The translations under genes and the position numbers were made by a program. A stretch of 64,000 nt of DNA from Gammaproteobacteria bacterium (GTDB taxonomy: Bacteria; Pseudomonadota; Gammaproteobacteria; CBDBNL01; JAAOII01). This document shows positions 58,815 through 64,000 of the stretch, piece by piece (the stretch's first letter is position 1; each line of letters opens with the position of its first letter). The notes under the pieces are model-generated. The model was given only the letters and a program-made list of their open reading frames with translations, ran no database searches and was not told the origin of the DNA. The stretch covers positions 1,504,001-1,568,000 of the forward strand of contig OZ242372.1 of assembly GCA_965209035.1 (NCBI GenBank). Reading direction: 5' to 3'.

Positions 58815-59960
58815 ATGATCAAATCTGCGGAGGCTGCGGGCCTTTATTGTGTCGGCCATGCTTTGGTGGATTACGAGATCAAGGTAGAAGACCGCTATTT
58901 GGATCACCATAGTATTAAGAAGGGTCAAATGACCCTGGTGGACGAAGCGGCTTTTCGTTATCATCTTGAAAAAAATCTTTCCCATCTGGTTGTTGACCGG
59001 GCGGGCGGTGGCTCGGCGGTGAACAGTTTGGTGACCTATGTGAGGCTCGGCGGAACGGGCAGCCTGTGTTGCCAACTTGCGGCGGATGACGGCGGCGACT
59101 TTTTCAAACAAGAACTGGTTAACTTGGGTATTGCCGTTATCAATGGGCGGGATGAGCAAAATGGGCAGTCCGGACAAAATGGGCAAATCGGACAAAACGA
59201 ACCTGCGTCTCCCGTATCCGCAACCGCATCGGGCGCGCATCCCTCCGAACCTGCGTCTCCCGCCGGACCTACGGAAACTACAGGACCCACGGAACCCACA
59301 GGGCGATGCCTGGTGCTGATTACGCCGGATGCGGAACGCACTATGTTGACGCATCCGGGCATCAATCAAAGGTTAAACTCTCCGGCGAACTTGACAGATG
59401 CTCTTGCCACCGGTGCGCTTTTTTACGGGGAAAGTTACTTGGTTTCTGGCGACGCCCAATTTGAATGTTTGATGGAACATCTTCGGGCTTGTCGGGAATT
59501 GAAGATAAGAACCTCTGTGAGCATGTCCGATGTGAGTATGGTTGTCCACTTTCGGCAGCGGATGATCGCGGTTTTGGATTCCGATCCGGATATCCTTTTT
59601 GGCAATCGGGAGGAATTTGGCGAGTACACCGGCCAGAAGGATCCCGATAAGATGGCGGGCAAACTGGACGGCAAAGTGAACACTCTGGTGCTAACGGACG
59701 GGAAGCACGGCTCTTTTGTTTATCATGCGGGCAAGAAGATAAATGTGCCGGCATTGCGGACAGATGCCAAGGATACTCTGGGGGCGGGAGACGCCTATGC
59801 GGGTGCGTTCTTGTATGCAATGCAGGAACGAGGATGTGAGCCGGCCGCCGCCGCCGAGTTTGCCGCGGCCGCCGCCGGTCAAGTCGTTAGTCGTTTTGGT
59901 CCCAGGCTGAACATGACCGAATGCCAAGAATTAATATCTCAATTTTTTCCCTCATCTTAA
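58815..59960 (+). CDS. PfkB-family kinase, likely adenosine kinase
   Basis: GHALVD, KGQMTL, GGSAVN, TPDAERTM, DTLGAGDAYAG; adjacent to ahcY. Confidence 0.85.
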   Translation: MIKSAEAAGLYCVGHALVDYEIKVEDRYLDHHSIKKGQMTLVDEAAFRYHLEKNLSHLVVDRAGGGSAVNSLVTYVRLGGTGSLCCQLAADDGGDFFKQELVNLGIAVINGRDEQNGQSGQNGQIGQNEPASPVSATASGAHPSEPASPAGPTETTGPTEPTGRCLVLITPDAERTMLTHPGINQRLNSPANLTDALATGALFYGESYLVSGDAQFECLMEHLRACRELKIRTSVSMSDVSMVVHFRQRMIAVLDSDPDILFGNREEFGEYTGQKDPDKMAGKLDGKVNTLVLTDGKHGSFVYHAGKKINVPALRTDAKDTLGAGDAYAGAFLYAMQERGCEPAAAAEFAAAAAGQVVSRFGPRLNMTECQELISQFFPSS

Positions 59961-61470
59961 AAAAGTAGCGAATCACCGGCAGCCGTAAGCCCCGGCTCTT
60001 ATGGCATCCCGCCGGGCCGGGCTGAAGAAGCTCCTATCCACTTTCACTGACCGCCACAGGTTGCCCGGCTCCTTAGATTGTCCCTCATCTTAAAAAAGTA
60101 GCGAATCACCGGCAGCTGTAACCTCGACTCTTAGGTTATCCGTTGTTCGTTTCCCGGCCGGGGTTTGGTCTCGTCCGTTTTTTCCCTCACTTTATAAGAA
60201 GTAGCGAATCACCGGCAGCCGTAAGCCCCGGCTCTTAGGTTGTTCGTTTCCCGGCCGGGATTTGGTCTTGCACCACCGAGTTTGCCGCGGCCGCCGGTCA
60301 AGTCGTTAGTCGTTTTGGTCCCAGGCTGAACACGACCGAATGCCAAGAATTAATATCTCAATTTTTTCCCTCATCTTAAAGAAGTAGTGAATCACCGGCA
60401 GCCGTAACCTCGACTCTTAGGTTATTCGTTGTCCGTTTCCCGGACGGGGTTTGGTCTCGCCCGTTTTTTCCCTCATCTTAAAAAAGAAGTAGCGAATCAC
60501 CGGCCGCCGTAACCTCGACTCTTAGGTTGTTCGTTTCCCGGACGGGATTTGGTCTCGTCCGTTTTTTCCCTCACCTTAAAAAAGTAGCGAATCACCGGCA
60601 GCCGTAACCTCGACTCTTAGGTTGTCCGTTTCCCGTTTCCCGGGCGGGGTTTGGTCTCGTCCGTTTTTTCCCTCATCTTAAAAAAGTAGCGAATCACCGG
60701 CAGCCGTAACCTCGACTCTTAGGTTGCTCGTTGTCTATCTCCCGACCGGGGTTTGGTCTCGTCCGTTTTTTCTCTCATCTTAAAAAAGTAGCGAATCACC
60801 GGCAGCCGTAACCTCGACTCTTAGGTTATCCGTTGTCCGTTTCCCGGCCGGGGTTTGGTCTCGTCCGTTTTTTCCCTCATCTTAAAAAAGTAGCGAATCA
60901 CCGGCAGCCGTAACCTCGACTCTTAGGCTATCCGTTTTCCGTTTCCCGGCCGGGGTTTGGTCTCGTCTGTTTTTTTCCTCACTTTATAAGAAGTCGCGAA
61001 TCACCGGCAGCCGTAACCTCGTCTCTTAGGTTATCCGTTGTCCGTTTCCCGACCGGGGTTTGGTCTCGTCCGTTTTTTCCCTCATCTTAAAAAAGTAGCG
61101 AATCACCGGCAGCCGTAACCTCGACTCTTAGGTTATCCGTTGTCCGTTTCCCGGACGGGGTTTGGTCTTGCACCACCGAGTTTGCCGCGGCCGCCGCCGG
61201 TCAAGTCGTTAGTCGTTTTGGTCCCAGGCTGAACATCACCGAATGCCAAAAATTAATATCTCAATTTTTTCCCTCATCTTAAAAAAGCAGCGAATCACCG
61301 GCAGCCGGCAGCCATAAACCCCCGGCTCTTATGGCATCCCGCCGGGCTGGGTTAGGTTGGGCTGACCCGGGCCGGGCTGAAGAATCTCCTATCCACTTTC
61401 ACTGACCGCCACAGGTTGCCTGGCTCTTAGATTAGATTGCCCGGCTCTTAGATTGACCGTTTCCCGACCG
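59853..61470 (+). repeat. Array of 12 units (~95-103 bp modal) containing the pfkB stop region
   Basis: GAATCACCGGC at 59970, 60103, 60206, 60389, 60494, 60589, 60691, 60793, 60895, 60998, 61100, 61292; two units carry ~105 bp of coding 3' end (60276, 61176). Confidence 0.95.
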
Positions 61471-61544
61471 GAGGAGAGGAAAGGAAAGGAGAGGGATGGG
61501 TAGTCCCTGCAGACAAGTTTTTTTATTTTGTATCGTCAGTTTCT

Positions 61545-61769
61545 TGTTAATGATTGTTGATAACTTGTTGGTAATCTGCCTGTAAGTTCCCGCTAAATTC
61601 TCAATAAGTTGTTTGGCATCTGTTATTATCTTGTTGGTAACTGCTTGGTTGTCTCTTTTTTGTGAACAGAAAATGTGCATTACCTGTTGATTAATTGTCG
61701 ATAACCCGTCTGTCTTTGTCGTCTTCTTGTGGATTAACAACTCTTTGGTTGTTTGTTACTTGTCGATAA
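61545..61769. promoter_or_regulatory. Cluster of co-oriented DnaA-box-like 9-mers
   Basis: TGTTGATAA 61555, TGTTGGTAA 61566/61632, TGTGCATTA 61674, TGTTGATTA 61685, TGTCGATAA 61696/61761, TGTGGATTA 61728 versus consensus TGTGNATAA. Confidence 0.45.
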
Positions 61770-61827
61770 CCCGGGGTTTTTCTTTATACTTTACTTGTTT
61801 TGCCTCTGTTTTGCCCCGTTTTGTCTT

Positions 61828-61869
61828 GCGGACCTGCGGACCTGCGGACCTGCGGACCTGCGGACCTGC
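61828..61869 (+). repeat. 8-bp microsatellite (TGCGGACC)x5
   Basis: Read directly: tgcggacc repeated five times then tgcagac. Confidence 0.9.
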
Positions 61870-61984
61870 AGACGAAAGGCGGGTGCGGGGAGTACGCTTA
61901 TGCGTCTATGCCGGGCACAGGCATCCCCCCTGTTTCCCGGCCCCCGGCGAGAAACAAGGGTGTTGTTTAAGAAGGTTAAAACTG

Positions 61985-64000
61985 TTAGAACAGTTCTTTC
62001 AGAGCCCGTTCTGTTTTCTCTTTTTGAGAGGAGTTGATTTGGTTTTCGGCTTTTATTCCCGCTTGTGTTGGGAACAGATAGTGATAGTTGACAAATTCCG
62101 TATTTTTTTGCGCGCGTTCTATAGATTTGTTCAGATGATCCGCGGGAACATATTCGGTGAACTTAATTCCCGGCGAGTTGGCGTTTCGCGGTGGTATGGA
62201 AACACTGAATTCCAACAGGTTTTCGGGCTTGGCAAAATCATAGGTTGAGACGCCGCGCAAAGCGGGGCGCATGAAGTCTATCCATATTGGCAAGGACGCC
62301 ACACCGCCAAATTCGCGCGGCCCCAGAGTGGCGGGTCGATCAAAACCAACCCAACTGACCGCAGCAAGACTCGGGTGGTAACCCGCAAACCAAGCATCCG
62401 CATATTCCTGCGTGGTTCCTGTTTTTCCTGCCAGATCTTCCCGCTTCAAAACACCGGCGGCGATGGCGGTTCCTCGTTTAACCACATCTTTGAGAACGGA
62501 ATGGATTTGATAATGGGTGGCAGGTTCCAGGACGCGTTGGACGAACTGTGTGTTGATATGCGGTTTACACGCATCACAACCCAACGCCTTGCGTTCTTTT
62601 GTCGATAAAAGATCATTAATTCCTTCGCTGTTGCATATTCGGCATTTTTTGCTACCGGGAGTATTCTGTCCGACATAGGTCGGAGTAACCGCTTGAGACG
62701 GATGTTGGTATAGAATTTCCCCTTCGCGCGATTCCACACGCTCTATGACATAGGGGTCTATCAGATAACCGCCGTTGGCAAAAACTCCGTAGGCTCTGAC
62801 AACTTCGTAAGGGGTGAGTCCGCTGCTGCCGAGCGCGAGTGAGGCGTCTCTCGGAAGATGCTGTTTGGGAAAACCGAATTTCTCCATAAAATTGCGCGTA
62901 TTGTCAACTCCCAGATCTCCTATCAGGCGTATGCTCACCAGATTACGCGAGCGATACAATCCTTGCCGCAACGGGATGTAGCCAAGAAAGCTGTCGCCGA
63001 CATTACTGGGACGCCAAACAAAATTGTCGGCTGCTTTGCCGACCAGGGGCGCGTCACGATAAATGTCGGCACCCGTATAGCCTTTTTCAAACGCATAAGC
63101 ATAAATGAAAGGTTTGATAGCGGATCCTATTTGACGCCTGGCTTGAATGGCGCGATTAAACTCGGAACGTTGAAAGTGGTAGCCGCCGACCATCGCAACT
63201 GTTTTGCCGTTGCGCGGATTCGTCGCTATGAATGCCCCTTCGGCTGCGGGCAATTGCGCGAGTTGAAAGGTATTTTTTGTGCCTCGCATTGGCGTTATTC
63301 TGACCATGTCGCCGACGGATAAAATGTCCGCCGCCGTTTTGGGCGACGGTCCCCTCTTCTGCACCGAGATGTAGGGAGCCGCCCATTTCAATCCTTTCCA
63401 GTCCAGATTAACGGCGGAGCCGTCCGACAGGATCACCGATACCGATTGTTCGCGCACTTCGCGCACAATAGCCGGCTCCAAAGAGCCGTCATAACTTGAT
63501 ACTTCCGCCAGGTTTTTCAAGATTTTTACATATGCGGGATTGTCCGGGTTGAACTGATCGCTCTCGGTCAGTTCTTCAAATTGTTGTTCGCTGCCGCGCC
63601 AGCCATGGCGTCTGTCATATGCAAGGATGCCGGCGCGCACGGCCAGGTTTGCCTGTTTTTGCAGATCCTTGCGGATGGTCGTGTAAACGCTGTAGCCGGC
63701 GGTATAAATCTCTTCTTGCACGATACCGTATTTTTTCGGCGCATCCAAAAGAGCAATGCGAGCCCTTTCCGCCGGATAGTTTGCTTCCACCGCGGTGGTG
63801 TAATCGTAAGGAGCCGCACTGAGCGGTTCCGCGACGGCGGACAGGTATTGACCCCGGGAAATATAACCCAAGTGGGCCATGCGGGATAACACCCAGTCGC
63901 GTCGTTCTTTTGCTCTTTTCGGGTTGGAAATCGGATTAAGACCCGAAGGCGCTTTGGGCAGGGCGGCAAGCATTGCATGTTGAGATAAAGAAAGTTTTGA
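61985..64000 (-). CDS. mrcA: Penicillin-binding protein 1A, N-terminus outside the window
   Basis: LAALPKAPS, GSAIKPF (SxxK), SRN, AGKTGT, DAWFAGY; frame open to the window edge. Confidence 0.93.
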   Translation of the reverse strand, partial: SKLSLSQHAMLAALPKAPSGLNPISNPKRAKERRDWVLSRMAHLGYISRGQYLSAVAEPLSAAPYDYTTAVEANYPAERARIALLDAPKKYGIVQEEIYTAGYSVYTTIRKDLQKQANLAVRAGILAYDRRHGWRGSEQQFEELTESDQFNPDNPAYVKILKNLAEVSSYDGSLEPAIVREVREQSVSVILSDGSAVNLDWKGLKWAAPYISVQKRGPSPKTAADILSVGDMVRITPMRGTKNTFQLAQLPAAEGAFIATNPRNGKTVAMVGGYHFQRSEFNRAIQARRQIGSAIKPFIYAYAFEKGYTGADIYRDAPLVGKAADNFVWRPSNVGDSFLGYIPLRQGLYRSRNLVSIRLIGDLGVDNTRNFMEKFGFPKQHLPRDASLALGSSGLTPYEVVRAYGVFANGGYLIDPYVIERVESREGEILYQHPSQAVTPTYVGQNTPGSKKCRICNSEGINDLLSTKERKALGCDACKPHINTQFVQRVLEPATHYQIHSVLKDVVKRGTAIAAGVLKREDLAGKTGTTQEYADAWFAGYHPSLAAVSWVGFDRPATLGPREFGGVASLPIWIDFMRPALRGVSTYDFAKPENLLEFSVSIPPRNANSPGIKFTEYVPADHLNKSIERAQKNTEFVNYHYLFPTQAGIKAENQINSSQKEKTERALKELF

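Noticed and set aside
59853-61470. CRISPR array
   Set aside because: Sequence between conserved cores is itself repeated rather than unique, units are ~100 bp and derive from the pfkB end, and there are no cas genes in the window.
61432-62248. ORFs 61432-61740, 61727-62248 and 61753-62037
   Set aside because: Low-complexity or microsatellite translations, two of them overlapping mrcA antisense.

Overview
Bacterial chromosomal segment, most likely gammaproteobacterial (topA, rseC, tsaC-hemF, pepP-ubiH, hisHAF, mrcA). A host-associated marine lifestyle is possible but is only inferred, from thrombospondin-repeat lipoproteins, PhyH/SnoaL genes and dense restriction-modification content. The window holds about 50 CDS: housekeeping genes, a carbohydrate-type ABC transporter, lutABC, two paralogous FnIII/TSP3/GLUG-like lipoproteins, a decayed IS1595-family element, and five DNA methyltransferases with three nucleases. 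No rRNA, tRNA or CRISPR was seen. The most striking signal is that unrelated genes (dipeptidase-like, uppP, tkt, a 937-aa membrane protein, ubiH-like, an MTase, a pfkB kinase) are each followed by tandem, diverged copies of their own 3' end or stop region. Units are 50-240 bp with 2-12 copies, and several differ from the gene at synonymous positions. The same duplication tendency appears as micro-repeats at start/stop codons, in-frame low-complexity inserts in core enzymes, and a 14-bp duplication that frameshifts an MTase. An 11-bp-phased array of DnaA-box-like 9-mers lies at about 61.55-61.77 kb. All calls are by eye from motifs; no searches were run.
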